From: Malacoraja senta
Lineage: Eukaryota
Assembly: GCA_038087875.1 (NCBI GenBank)
Contig: CM075995.1
Coordinates: 9,984,001 to 10,048,000 of the forward strand
Reading direction: 5' to 3'
DNA length: 64,000 nt
Under the pieces are notes generated by a model. That model saw nothing but the letters and a program-made list of their open reading frames with translations. It ran no database searches and was not told where the DNA came from. Positions 38,785-52,200 of the stretch are shown here, piece after piece (position 1 is the first letter of the stretch; every line of letters begins with the position of its first letter). The position numbers and the translations under genes are program-made.

Positions 38785-39690
38785 TAGAACATAGACACAG
38801 ACCAGTACAGCACAGGAACGGGCCCTTCGGCCCACAATGTTTGTGCCAAACATGTCGCTAAGTTAAACTGAACTGATCTACCTGTATATGATCCACATCT
38901 ATTCCCTGCACTTCCATGCACCTATCTAGCAGACTCTTAAATGCCACTGTCATATCTACCTCCACTATCACCTCTACCTCCAGGCCCCCACCACCCTGTG
39001 TAAAAACATTTGCCCTACGCATCGCCCCTCACCTTAAAAATGCCATCTAGTGATGGCCAATTCCAGCTTAAGAAAAAAGGTTCTGACTGTCTACCCTATC
39101 TAACGCTGATTTCCCTAATTTCAAGTAGCAGCTGAAGTCTCCCCCTCTGCCCCAATCATCCTACCAGTTGCTCTGTCACATCCTTGTATCCCTCTTGTTA
39201 TCACACCTTCCACAGCCAACATTGGGCCATTCTGGGCTCCACCCTTCCTGAGGTCATCTGTTACCGGCCCTGATTTGTTCTGGCCTTTTCTTGCCTCCAG
39301 GCTATTCCTCCCACCTTTTCTTTCACTGAAAAAAGGTTCCGACCCGAAACATCACCTATTCTTTTTCTCCAGAGATGCTGCCTGACCCGCTGTGTTACTC
39401 CAGCATTTTATGTCTATCTTCGGTATAAACCATCATCTGCAGCTTCTTCCGACAAAGTAATTTTATATACTTTTGTCAAGTCTCCCGTAATCCTCGGACA
39501 TTCCAGAGAAAAAACAATCCGTGTGTGCAATTTCTCCCAGTGGCTAAAACCCTCTAATCCAGGCATCATTCTGGCAAACCTCCTCTGCACCCTCTCCAAA
39601 GCCTCCACATCTTTCCTGTAATGTGGTGACAAGAACTGCACTCAATACACCAAATATGGCCTAACCAAATTCGAAAAGAGCTGCATGATG
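38785..39690. mobile_element. Cluster of decayed CR1 3' ends and Penelope terminal fragments
   Basis: ERVQRRFARM remnant on - strand; gacccgaaacatcacc..gagatgctgcctgacccgctg motif at 39.3-39.45 kb. Confidence 0.65.
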
Positions 39691-39914
39691 ACTTCCAGCT
39701 TTGTCCCGCCCCAACCACTATTTTCCACATTTCCCCCAGAACTCCATCAGCCTGAGGAAGGGTCCCAACCGGAAATGTCCATTGCGTCCGCAGATGCTGC
39801 CTGACTCCGAGTTCCTGCAGCACTTCTTCCCCCTCACTCTCATGGTAAGTCCTCGCTCCCCTCTAAGCCAGTCTGGTTCTCAATCCCTCTTGCTCACTGG
39901 ACCATTCTCCTCAC

Positions 39915-39974
39915 CTCTGCCTCCTCCTCCTCCAGCCGCCGTGTGGCCTCCTCTTGCTCCCGACGCATCCTCTC
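39915..39974 (-). CDS. SCRIB: SCRIB small exon (charged, helical)
   Basis: tgatag|ERMRREQEEATRRLEEEEAE|gtgagg; 60 nt, phase 0-0. Confidence 0.85.
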
Positions 39975-40114
39975 CTATCAGAGAAGGACAGACGCAGACT
40001 TAGTGGCGGTCATATAGATAACAGGTGCAGGAGTAGACCATTCGGCCTTTTGAGCCATTCAATGTGATCATGGCTGATCAATCACAAAAAGTACCCTGTT
40101 CCTGCCTTCCCATA

Positions 40115-40460
40115 CCGAAGGTAGACACAAAATACTGGAGTAACTCAGCGGGTGACGCAGCATCTCTGGAGAGAAGGAATGGGCGACGTTTCGGGCCAAG
40201 ACCCTTCTTCAGACCAATGTCCAAGACACCTCACATGCTCTTCGTTACCTCCATGACTTCCATTTTCCAGGCCCCCACTCCCTCATCTTTACTATGGATG
40301 TCCAGTCACTCTACACCATCCCCCACCAGGAGGGTCTTAAAACCCTCCGTTTCTTCGTCGACCGCAGAGCCAGCCAATTTCCGTCTACCAATAATCTCCT
40401 CCGCCTAGCAGAGCTGGTCCTGACGCTCAACAACTTCTCCTTTGACTCCTCCCACCTCTC
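40115..40460 (+). mobile_element. Penelope-like element fragment: inverted terminal repeat plus RT piece
   Basis: VQDTSHAL...IFTMDVQSLYTIPHQEGL...LAELVLTLNNFSF; hammerhead-like core on - strand at 40185-40212. Confidence 0.85.
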
Positions 40461-40689
40461 TCACTTCTCCTCGTGCCCCTTGACACCGCTGTCTTTAAGA
40501 GCTCTATCTAACTCTCTCTTGAACACAGCCAGTTTATCGGCCTCCACTGCCTTCTGAGGCAGAAAATTCCACAAATTCACAACTCTCTGTGTGCAAAAGT
40601 TTTTCCTCATCTCCGCTCTAAATGGCCCACCCCTTATTCTTAAACTGTGGCCCCTGGTTCTGGACTCCCCCAACATCGGGAACATGTTT

Positions 40690-40958
40690 CATTATTCGAA
40701 CTCGGAGAATTACGGTAATAGCCGCTCGTAAGTACTCGGGGCTCTCGTGGACATTTTTCAACATGTTGAAAAATCTTCACGAGTCTTCCCGAGCTTACCA
40801 CGTTTCCTGAGTACCTGCCATTAGCGTTACGAGCCACTAAGAGACGTCCCGAGCTCCGACGTATCCGCTACGTACATTCAACGTGCTTCCACGAGTTTGA
40901 TTTTTTTTTTTACTCGGGGGAGCTCTTGAATTAGCTCGTACAGTGGGACAGGCCCTTT
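40690..40958 (-). mobile_element. Probable PIF/Harbinger-type MITE fragment
   Basis: Terminus TAAAGGGCCTGTCCCACTG on - strand; a related end occurs at 63625. Confidence 0.55.
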
Positions 40959-43900
40959 AGGCTGCATCTGGAGTATTGTATGCAGTTCTGATCACCCCAT
41001 TACAGGAGGATGTGGAGGTTTTGGATAGAGTGCAGAGCAGGTTTACCAGAAAGCTGCCTGGGTTGGAGGGTTTCAGCTACAGGAAGTGGTTGGATAGATT
41101 TGGGACAGTTTTTTCTGCCAATCAGAGGTTGAGGGCAGACTTGATAGAAGTATAAAAATGATAGAGTTGACAGTCAGAATGTTTTTTTTGACAGTGAAAA
41201 TATCCAACACTAGAGGACATAGGTGTAAAGTGAGAGGGGGATAGTTTAGAGGAGATGTGCGGGGCATGTTTTTACAGATAGCAGTGCGGGCCTAGAACAC
41301 ATTGCTTGGGGTGGTGGTGGAGGCAGATACAATAGTTGCGGTTAAGCTTTTGGATAGGCATCTGGATGGAGGGATAAGGATCATGTAGACAGATGAGAGT
41401 TTATCTTGGCATCATGTTTGGCACAAACATTGTGGCTGAAGAGCCCGTCCCTGTGTCGTACTATTCTATGTGTAGGAAGGAAGTGTAGATACTGTTTGAA
41501 ACCAAAAGTAGAGAAGAAATGCTGGAGTAACTCAGCATACAGTATGTTCTGAGGAAAGGAAAAAATATTCCTAGCCGGTATGCTGAGTTACTCCAGCATG
41601 TGGTGGTCAATGATAGAATGTATTTGAAGAGACCAAGTGTCCCCGATGGCCAGAGTGGGGGCTACTCTCACACACCAGCCCTCTGTCACAGGGACAAAAC
41701 CTTCCCACTGCCAGTTGTTTGCTGGGCTGCAAGCGGAAAATTCTACAGCTCCCATCCGATGCTGCTGGGTTCCACAACTCCCATCCACAGCTCCCATCCA
41801 CAACTCCCATCCACAACTCCCATCACCAGCTCCCATCCACAGCTCCCATCCACAGCTCCCATCCACAATTCCCATCCACAACTCCCATCCACAACTCCCA
41901 TCACCAGCTTCCATCCACAACTCCCATCCACAGCTCCCATCCACAAATCCCATCCACAGCTCTCATCCACAACTCCCATCCACAGCTCCCATCCACAGCT
42001 CCCATTACCAGCTCCCATCCACAACTCCCATCCACAGCTCCCATCCACAACTCCCATCTACAACTCCCATCCACAACTCCCATCTACAGCTCATATCCGA
42101 TGCTGCTGGGTTCTTCAGTCAGATTCCAGAGAAGGAGTGGCCCCAGGCGGGAGTAGGTGTCGGCCTGAGAGGATTCAATGTCACAGTTCAGAGGCTCATA
42201 CTCTGCTGCCCTGGTCTCAATGCAACAGCTGGGAGATTCCTCCCACATTCCTCGTGAACTCCGGCGGCTGCCCCTCGCATTGGGCACATTCCCGGATTTC
42301 TAAGGAGGCAGAATTCCACAGGCATGCGTAATTCTAACCTTCAGGAGTGGAACAGGTGCAATTGCTTCAGACTGGGCGCCAAAGACCAAGGATAAAGCTA
42401 GGAGGATTGGCATCATGGCGACACAAGAAACTCCCAATACTGGAATCTGCAGCTTTACAAAACTTAGGTCAGACCACTGTGGGAGTATCGCATGCAGGTC
42501 TGCTTGACCCATTACAGGAAGGATGTTGAGGCATTGTAGAGTGCAGAGGAGGTTTACCAGAATTATGCCTGAATTAGAGGGTTTCAGCTATAGGGAGAGG
42601 TTGGATAGACTTGGATTGTTTTCTCTGGAACGTCGGATGTTGAGGGGAGACTTGATAGGAAGTATATAAAATGATGAGAGGCATAGATACGGCAGACAGA
42701 TCCTTTTCCCCGACACTAGACATCATTGCTATAAGGCGAGATGGGGAAAGTTTACTTGAGATGTACGTCAAGTCTTTTTACATAGTGGGGCCTGGAACGT
42801 ACTGCCAGGGGTGGTGATGGAGACAGATAAGATAGTGAGGCTTTTAGATAGGCAGATGGATGAGCAGGGAATAGAGGGATATGGATCATGTACGGGCAGA
42901 TGAGATCAGTTCAACTTGGCATTGTGTTTCCATGTTCACTGCTCTGTTCTATGTTCTAACACAAAGTGCTGAAGGAACTCAGCGGGGTATCATGGTTGAT
43001 GCAGAGTTGTGGACTGAAGGGCCTATTCCTGTGCTGTACTATTCCATCTTCCAGTCCCCCCTCAATGGCATTGGTGGTGATCAGAATGACATGCATGTTG
43101 ACAAATATCAAGTGGCTGACATGCACCACATCCATCGGACTGCTGGCTTATCCATCTCAGGATGGATCCTGTGCAGTAACTCAATGCATGGACTTTCAGC
43201 CGACTTTCCTTCATGTGCCAAAGTGGTTGGTGAGCAAGGTTAGATCCCATGGATTGAGGGGAAGTCTACTTCGGTATTCCAGTCACAGCACTGTACAGGA
43301 TGGACACAGGCCCTTCAGCCCACATTTTCCATGCTCAACAATGTGGCATATTGGGTATGACCCACAGCCATTTAAATCCTTGCTAACCATATATCTGTCC
43401 AAATGACAGTGAATCTGTGATAATTTGCTCATGTGGGAATTGGGAGCGAGTTAACCGGTGCGAATGAAGAGGTGGTTCTCAGGCTGTCAGGTTTGGGCGA
43501 TCCCATCACCACGGATCGGGGCTTGGGTACAGCGACGCACAAACTATATCCACAGATTGGCCAAGGGGATGAAACGTAATGTTTCCAGGTTTGTTGGTGA
43601 TGTGAAACTATGTGGGAATGTGAGGATGAAGAGAAAGGCATAGATGGAGTGGATGTGCAAAGGATGTTTCCACTGGTTGGAGAGTTTAGCGCCAGGGATC
43701 ATGGCCTCAGAATTAAGGGTGCTCTTTTACAAAGGAGGTGAGGAGGAACTACTTTGCTGAGTGACATGGAGATGGGCGGAGAACAATAGACAATAGACAA
43801 TCCGAGGGGTAATATTTAATAGGAATCCGAGGGGGCATTTTTTCACACAAAAGATGGTGGGTGTATGGAACAAGCTGTCAGAGGAGATAGTTGAGGCTGG

Positions 43901-44060
43901 GACTATCCCATTGCTTAAGACACAGTTAGACAGGTAAATGGATAGGACAGGTTTGTAGGGATATGGACCAAGCGCAGGCATGTGGGACTAATGTAGCTGG
44001 GACATTGTTGGCCAGTGTGGGCAAGTTGGGCTTGTTTCCACACTTTATCACTCTATGACT
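40959..44060 (+). mobile_element. Several old CR1 3' fragments
   Basis: Repeated remnants of gtgcagaggaggtttaccag and ggtgtatggaacaagctg, and CR1 3' UTRs. Confidence 0.7.
41742..42113. repeat. 13-bp minisatellite (CCATCCACA[A/G]CTC) bracketed by a 31-bp direct repeat
   Basis: TCTACAGCTC(CC/AT)ATCCGATGCTGCTGGGTTC at both ends. Confidence 0.92.
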
Positions 44061-44172
44061 CTATGCTACAGAGATGGGGTAGCCATGACCACACTGAGCG
44101 AGCGGTGGAACACACTGGTGGGACTCCTGATCGCGGTAGGATGAAGTCGAGCATTACAGTAAAGGTTCTCAC

Positions 44173-44229
44173 CACATTCTCCAACTCTTCCTGCTCCCAC
44201 AGTGATGACTCGCGAACCATTTCAATCTC
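44173..44229 (-). CDS. SCRIB: SCRIB small exon
   Basis: ttttcag|EIEMVRESSLWEQEELENV|gtgaga; 57 nt. Confidence 0.88.
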
Positions 44230-44519
44230 CTGAAAAGAGATAACCAGAGTTATGTAGAAGCAACACACAGTGGTGTCAGCCCACATCTCAAACACGTGCG
44301 GGTTAATTGGCCGCTGTAAATTGCTTCTAGTGTGTTAGCGAGTGTAGGGAATAGATACGAAAGTGATATAACTATCACCGAGCAGTATACACTGATCACT
44401 GTACGTCGATGATGTGTCCACTACACCACCACGTTCCCACCAAACAACACGCATCACAATACTGGTTCATAGACTGGCTCATCTTCCCAATTGTGCAAAT
44501 TTACACATACATTCTCTGC

Positions 44520-44690
44520 ACCTGTAAACAGATCACACGCCTACCTGTAAATGGGCTACACCCCTACCTGTAAACAGGTCACACCCCTACCTGTAAACAG
44601 GTCACACCGCTACCTGTAAATAGGTCACACCTCTACCTGTAAACAGGTCACACCGCTACCTGTAATCAAGCTACACCCCTACCTGTAAAC
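44520..44690. repeat. 23-bp minisatellite, 8 copies (ACCTGTAAACAGGTCACACCCCT)
   Basis: ACCTG at 44520, 44543, 44566, 44589, 44612, 44635, 44658, 44681. Confidence 0.95.
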
Positions 44691-44709
44691 GGAGCCACCG
44701 TACTCCTAC

Positions 44710-44829
44710 CTTCTGCAGGATGTCCACCTCCTCAGGGCTCATATCCCGATCGATGGACGAGATGCTCTCCATGCTGTTCTTTCGACCCATCCCAGCAGCA
44801 AAAGGGTTAACAATGATTCCGGGAGAGGA
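44710..44829 (-). CDS. SCRIB: SCRIB exon after PDZ4
   Basis: ttttcag|SSPGIIVNPFAAGMGRKNSMESISSIDRDMSPEEVDILQK|gtagga; 120 nt. Confidence 0.95.
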
Positions 44830-46736
44830 CTGAAAAGGAATAAGAACAACTTACAGATCTAACTTTGTTTCCGAAAGATGTGGGCTTCACAGGCTGAGCC
44901 CCCATTTCAGGAATGGTCAACCCAAAACTACACCATTCCCCTGGGACGCTGCCTGACCCGCTTAGTTACTCCATCATTCCCCAGAGATGCTGCCGACCCG
45001 CTGAGTTACTCCAGCACCCTGTGTTTTATGCAGCATTTCACTGCCCGTCCCTAGTTGCCTTTGAGAAGGTGACGTGAGCTGGGGTGTGAGTGTACAATGT
45101 GATCCCAGGACTTTGTCCCAGCGATGCTGAAAGAACTGTAACGTATTCCCAAGTGGGGACGATGTGGGGCTTGAAGGGCAACTTTCAGGTGGTCCAGAGA
45201 TGCTGCCTGTCCCGTTGAGTTATTCCAGCATTTTGTGTCTATCTACAGGAGGAAGTATCTGTCAGGTGGAGGCAATTGGGATGAGATGAGTCCTTTAAAG
45301 TTTATCGGGGATGTAGGAAAGAATGCATAAAATAAACCAGGAGGGGGGAACGGGGCACATTTCCCTGGCAAATGGGATTGAGGAGAATCCTGAATGTCTT
45401 GTAGAAGCTGGAGAAAGAAAGGGGAAACATGTGTCTGGAACCAGGGGACGAGTAGGATCCCACTTAAATATTGTAGGAATTCACCACGGGCACACGTGTG
45501 GAGGATGGAGAGTTGGGAGAGGGATGAGCTGCAATATTCCCTCAGGAAAGGGCAGGGAGCTTAGTCACGCGTAGGCAGCTGGCATTAAGTGAATCCTGCA
45601 TCTCCATAAGGAATGTAGGGAGTACACTTCAGAGAGACATCATGAGGGCCAGAAGAGGACAGAAACATAGAAAATAGGTGCAGGAGGAGGCCATTCGGCC
45701 CTTCGAGCCAGCACCGCCATTCATTGTGATCATGGCTGATCATCCCAAATCAATAACCCGTGCCTGCCTTCTCCCCATATCCCTTGATTCCACTAGCCCC
45801 TAGAGCTCTATCTAACTCCCTCTTAAAAGAAACATAGAAAATAGGATAGGATAGGATAGGACATGAGATAGCTTTGGCATCACAATACCCAGAGACACTG
45901 TAGGTCCATTAACTTCTGAGCCAAGAGCTCCTCAAAGATCAATATGATCTAGAGCCAGGTGAACTATTTGCATGAACTGTGGTCGCTGGTGCCAAGGTGC
46001 TCACTCACCCACTCTTCAGTTACTGGCCCCGTCCTGTTTCCTACCAGTGTTGCTCTCTTCCTTGTAGGGCCCTCTACTTACTGCCTGACAAAACGTTCCT
46101 CAACACATTTGACAAATTCCACCCCATCTTAGCCTTTGTCACTACGACAGTGCCGGTCTATATTAGGAAACTTCATCTCCCCAACTACCACAACCCGATT
46201 AGTCTTGCAGCTGTCTGCAATCTCACAGCATATTTGGTCTTCTAATTCTCGTTGACTATTTGAGAGCCTACATACTCCCAACAAGGTCATCATCCCCTCT
46301 CTATTTCTTCCTCTCTCACCCCCACCTTGCTATCGTAGCTCCCTCACCCAGCCTCTCCCTCCGCTCTCTGGCACTTCTACCACCCTGGCCCCTTCCCCTC
46401 CTCACCCCGCGCCTTTCCACTGGTCCACAGCGGCTGTGTCAGACACACCCCCTCTCCATCTGCCCCTCACCGTCCGGCCCTAACCCCTCTCACCCCTTGG
46501 CCCTACCCCCTCTCACCCCCTGGCCCTACGCCCTCCCACCCCCTGGCCCTACCCCCTCTCACCCCCTGGCACTACCCGCTCTCACCCTCTGGCCCTAACC
46601 ACCCCCCCCCCACCCCCTGGCCCTACCCCCCCATCCCCTGGTCCACACTTGCTATTTCAGACAGACCCCATCTCCCTCTGTCTGTCACCCCCTCCCGTCG
46701 TCCCTCCCTCTGCACCCTGTTGCCCGGAGTCCCTAC

Positions 46737-46931
46737 CTCGACGGCAGTGGTGGAGAGAGCACTGGGGGGGAAGCCGTCACACACCAGGATGGTGAGGGTG
46801 TCGCCGACAGCTCGCAGGATTCGCACGGCCTCGGCGTGGGTGGTCCCCAGCAGGCTGTGGTTGTTGACCTCCAGAATACGCAGCCCCGTCTGCAGCCTCC
46901 CGTCCCTCGCCGCCGCTCCACCTGAGCTCAC
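46737..46931 (-). CDS. SCRIB: SCRIB PDZ4 C-terminal exon
   Basis: cctcag|VSSGGAAARDGRLQTGLRILEVNNHSLLGTTHAEAVRILRAVGDTLTILVCDGF...VE|gtaggg; 195 nt. Confidence 0.96.
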
Positions 46932-46944
46932 CTGAGGAACAGCA

Positions 46945-47835
46945 CCAAGGTACGCAGTGTCAGTGTACACTCACATCACCAGAGTACGCAGTGTCAGTGT
47001 ACACTCACATCACCAGAGTACGCAGTGTCAGTGTACACACACACACCAGGGTACGCAGTGTCAGTGCACACACACGCCAGAGTACGCAGAGTCAGTGCAC
47101 ACACACGCCAGAGTACGCAGAGTCAGTGTACACCAGAGTACGCAGTTTCAGTGTAGACACACACACCAGGGTACGCAGTGTCAGTGTACACTCACAGCAC
47201 CGGAGTACGCAGTCAGTGTATACACACAGCAGCAAGGTGCGCAGTGTCAATGTACACACACGCCAGAGTACGCAGTGTCAGTGTACACACACAGCAACCG
47301 GGTACGCAGTGTCAGTGTACACACACAGCACCAGGGTACGCAATCAGTGTACACACACACACCAGAGTACGCAGTCAGTGTACACATACAACACCAGGGT
47401 AAGCTATCAGTGTACACACACACACCAGAGTACGCAGTCAGTGTACACACACACCAGGGTACGCAATCAGTGTACACACACACACCAGAGTAAAGAGTGT
47501 CAGTGTACACACACAGCACCAGAGTACACACAGAATCAGTGTACACGCACACACAATGGTCAGTGTACACATGCACACAGTGGTCAGTGTACACACACAC
47601 GCACACAATGGTTAGTGTACACACAGTCAGTATACACAGTCAGTGTACACACACACAAGGTCAGTGTACACACAGTCAGTGTACACACACACACACAGTC
47701 TGTGTACACACAGAATCAGTGTACACACACAGTCAGTGTACACACACACACACACACAGTCAGTGTACACACACAGTCAGTGTACACACACATACAGTCA
47801 GAGTACACACACACAGTGTACACACACTTACACAG
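46945..47835. repeat. CAGTGTACAC(AC)n minisatellite filling most of a SCRIB intron
   Basis: Visible tandem array. Confidence 0.95.
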
Positions 47836-47889
47836 CAGTCAGACCCGACCCCCCTGACCCACAGACCACCCACCCCCTCGGGTACACAC

Positions 47890-48006
47890 CTTGGAGATGA
47901 AGATGCCCTCATCGGTGGCATCGAAGGGGTTGCCCGCGTGCCCCTTGGCTCCCCCGCGCACACTGATCCCCAGCTTCTCCCCGGGCAACTTGTCGATCCG
48001 AATCTC
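47890..48006 (-). CDS. SCRIB: SCRIB PDZ4 N-terminal exon
   Basis: cccag|EIRIDKLPGEKLGISVRGGAKGHAGNPFDATDEGIFISK|gtgtgt; 117 nt. Confidence 0.97.
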
Positions 48007-48734
48007 CTGGGAAACACACCAGGGGTCAGTCAGCTCCTGTAGTCCCGGGAACGACTCCCCCCTCCACCCAACTCCTCCCACACGGACAGCCCTCCCCTGC
48101 CCCACCACGCTGCCATCCCCCCTCCCACACTGTTGATCAGGGGGGTGGCAGATATCCAGCTGCAAGCCGGGCAGGGGGTCCCAGGGGGAGGTGGATCGCG
48201 GTTAGGGAGGGGGTCACTCACTTGCATGCCGGGCCGCAGGGGGTCAGGGGGTAGTGCAAATCTCCTGCATGCACGGTGGGATGGGGGTGCTGGATCGGGG
48301 TGGTGGTGATGGTTGGGGGCGTAGGTATAAGGGTCACCCTGGAGGGGGGCGTGGTGGTGGGGGCGGGGGGATACGGGTTCTGGGACGGAGGTCGTGGTGG
48401 TTGGGGAGGCGGTCAGGGGAGGGAGTGGTCACCCATCTGCATGCCTGGCCGTGGCTGAGGGGTCGTGGTGGTGGGGGGTCAGAGCACCGGGTTGGGGGTC
48501 GTGGTGGTGGGGGGTCAGAGCACCGGGTTGGGTGTCGTGGTGGTGGGGGATCAGGGTGCCGGGTCGGGGGTCGTGGTGGGTCAGGGTGCCTGGTCGGGGG
48601 TCGTGGTGGTGGGTGGGGTGGGGGGTACGTCAGGGTGCCAGGTCGGGGGCCATGGTGGTGGGTGGGGGGGGGTCAGGGTGCTGGGTCAGGAGTTGTGGTT
48701 GGGGGGGGTGTCAGGGGAGAGAGGGGTCACCCAC

Positions 48735-48911
48735 CTGCATGCCGGGAGGCGGGGGGTCCCTGCGGAGCAGTAGCTGGATGTGGTGCTGGTTGGTCAGCAG
48801 GGCTGTCACCGCGTCCTGGTGAGCCGCGTGCCGCAGGTCCGTACCGTTCACCTCCAGGATACGATCGCCCACCCGCAGCCCAGCACGTGCCGCCAGCCCC
48901 TCGGCAACCAC
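48735..48911 (-). CDS. SCRIB: SCRIB PDZ3 C-terminal exon
   Basis: cacag|VVAEGLAARAGLRVGDRILEVNGTDLRHAAHQDAVTALL...RRDPPPPGMQ|gtgggt; 177 nt. Confidence 0.96.
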
Positions 48912-49288
48912 CTGTGGAGGGGGAGAGAGAGAGACAGTGGTCAGTACCCTGGACCACCCGCTGCCCTGGCCGGGTTGCAAGACCCTCTGCACCACATTTG
49001 GGGAGAGGGGAGAGTGGTCAGTACCCCGTTCCCAAGCAACCCAGGACTGACCCACTTGCAGCCCTGCCCCAGCCGCCACAGCCACCACTTCGGGGGGAGG
49101 GGGGGGGTCAGAGACAGAGCGCAGAGTCAGAGACAGAGCCAGGCCCTCTGGTGATGTCCCACCACCCGGGCAGCTAATCCATCTGTCACCACCTGTGGGC
49201 AGGCAGGTCGGTCGAACCAGTCAACCCTCCAATCCATGCCCCACCCAACCCACTGCCTGATCCGCAACGAGGCAGGCCCAGCAGATCG

Positions 49289-52200
49289 AAACATAGAAAC
49301 ATAAAAAATAGGTGCCATTTGGCCCTTCGAGCATTCAATATGATCATGGTGATCATCCAACTCAGTATCCTGTACCTCCCTTCTCTCCTTACCCCCTGAT
49401 CCCTTTAGCAACAAGGGCCACATCTAACTCCCTCTTAAATATAGCCAATGAACTGGCCTCAAGTACCTTCTGTGGCAGAGAATTCCAGAGATTCACCACT
49501 CTCCGTGTGAAAAATGTTTTTCTCATCTCGGTCCTAAAGGACTTCCCCCTTATTCTTAAACTGTGACCCCTTGTTCTGGAGTTCCCCAACATCGGGAACA
49601 ATCTTCCTGCATCTAGCCTGTCCAACCCCTTAATAATACTGTAAGTTTCTATAAGATCCCCCCTCAATCTTCTAAATTCTAGCGAGTACAAACCGAGTCT
49701 ATCCAGTCTTTCTTCATATGAAAGTCCTGCCATCCCAGGAATCAGTCTGGTGAACCTTCTCTGTACTCCCTCTATGGCAAGAATGTCTTTCCTCAGATTA
49801 GGAGACCTAAACTGTACGCAATACTCCAGGTCTGGTCTCACCAAGACCCTGTACAACTGCAGTAGAATCTCCCTGCTCTTATACTCAAATCCTTTTGCTA
49901 TGAATGCTAACATACCATTCGCTTTCTTCACTGCCTGCTGCACATGCATGCCTACTTTCAATGACTGGTGTACCATGACACCCAGGTCTCGTTGCATCTC
50001 CCCTTTTCCTAATCGGCCACCATTCAGATAATAATCTACTTTCCTGTTTTAGCCACCAAAGTGGATAACCTCACATTTATCCACATTATACTGCATCTGC
50101 CATGCATTTGCCCACTCACCCAACCTATCCAAGTCACCTTGCAGCCTCCTAGCATCCTCCTCACAGCTAACACTGCCCCCCAGCTTCGTGTCATCCGCAA
50201 ACTTGGAGATGTTGCATTCAATTCCCTAATCCAGTTCATTAATATATATTGTAAATAGCTGGGGTCCCAGCACTGAGCCTTGCGGTACCTCACTAGTCAC
50301 TGCCTGCCATTCTGAAAAGGACCCGTTTACTCCTACTCTTTGCTTCCTGTCTGCCAGCCAGTTCTCTATCCACATCAATATTGAACCCCCAATACCGTGT
50401 GCTTTAAGTTTGCATACTAATCTCTTATGTGGGACCTTGTTGAAAGCCTTCTGAAAGTCCAGATATAATACATCCACTGGTTCTCCCTTATCCACTCTAC
50501 GTTACATCCTCGAAAAATTCTATAAGATTCGTCAGACATGATTAACCTTTCGTAAATCCATGCTGACTTTGTCCAATGATTTCACCACTTTCCAAATGTG
50601 CTGCTATCCCATCTTTAATAACTGACTCTAGCATTTTCCCCACTACCGATGTTAGACTAACTGGTCTGTAATTCCCCATTTTCTCTCTCCCTCCCTTTTT
50701 AAAAAGTGGGGTTACATTAGCTACCCTCCAATCCTCAGGAACTACTCCAGAATCTAAAGAGTTTTGAAAAATTATCACTAATGCATCCACTATTTCTGGG
50801 GCTACTTCCTTAAGTACTCTGGGATGCAGCCTATCGGGCCTTGGGGATTCATCAGCCTTTAATCCATTCAATTTACCCAACACAATTATGCTTCTGATTT
50901 TCTTTTTTGTGTTTTTAGAAGGAATTCTGTCCCTGATTTGTGTATTGGTCTTTCTAACTTATTTTTTTATTCTGATTATATGTTTCCTATAAATCTCTGT
51001 AAGGTGTCCTTGAGACCTCGGTATAAGGCGCCTGTAAATAAAATTCATTGTTATTATTATTAACACTACTTCCCGGCTAACCTGGATTTCACTCAGTTCC
51101 TCCATCTCATATGACCCCCGGTCCCCTGCTATTCCGGCAGATTATTTATGTCTTCCTCAGTGAAGTCAGAACCAAACTAGTTATTCAATTGGTCTGCCAT
51201 GTCCTTGTCCTGACTGCAAGGGACCTACATTTGTTTTAATTAATCTTTTTCTCTTCACATATCTATAAAAACTTTTGCAGTCAGTTTTTATGCTCCCTGC
51301 CAGTTTTCTTTCATAATCTTTCCCTTTCCTAATTAAGCCCCTTGTCCTCCTCTGCTGGACTCTGAATTTCTCCCAGTCCTCTGGTAGGCTGCTTTTTCTG
51401 GCTAATTTGTATGCTTCATCTTTTGCTTTGATTCTATCCCTGATTTCCCTTGTTATCCACGGATGCACTACCTTCCCTGATTTATTCTTTTGCCAAACTG
51501 GGATGAACAATTGTTGTAGTTCATCCATGCAGTCTTTAAATGCCTTCCATTGCATATCCACCGTCAACCCTGTAAGAATCAATTGCCAGTCTATCTGGCC
51601 AATTCACGTCTCATACCCTCAAAGTTACCTTTCTTTAAGTTCAGAACCCTTGTTTCTGAATTAACAATGTCACTCTCCATCCTAATGAAGAACTCAACCA
51701 TATTATGGTCACTCTTGCCCGAGGGGCCACGCACAACAAGACTGCTAACTAACCCTTCTCATTACTCAATACCCTGTCAAGAATAGCCTGCTCTCTCGTT
51801 GGTTCCTCTACATGTTGGTTTAGAAAACTATCCCGCATACATTCCAAGAAATCCTCTTCCTCAGCACCCCTGCCAATTTGATTCACCCAATCTATATGTA
51901 GATTGAAGTCACCCATTATAACTCTTTTACCTTTGTTGCACGCATTTCAAATTCCTGTTTGATGCCATCCCCAACTCCACTACTACTGTTAGGTGGCCTG
52001 AACACAACTCCCACTAGCGTTTTCTGCCCCTTAGTGTTTCGCAGCTCTACCCATATCGATTCCACATCCTCCAAGCTAATGTCCTTCCTTTCTATTGCGT
52101 TAATCTGCTCTCTAACCAGCAACGCTACCCCACCTCCTTTTCCTTTCTGTCTATCCCTCCTGAATATTGAATATCCCTGGATGTTCAGCTCCCAGCCTTG

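Noticed and set aside
46957..48042. Long ORFs with SVYTH/QCTH repeats
   Set aside because: Minisatellite artefact
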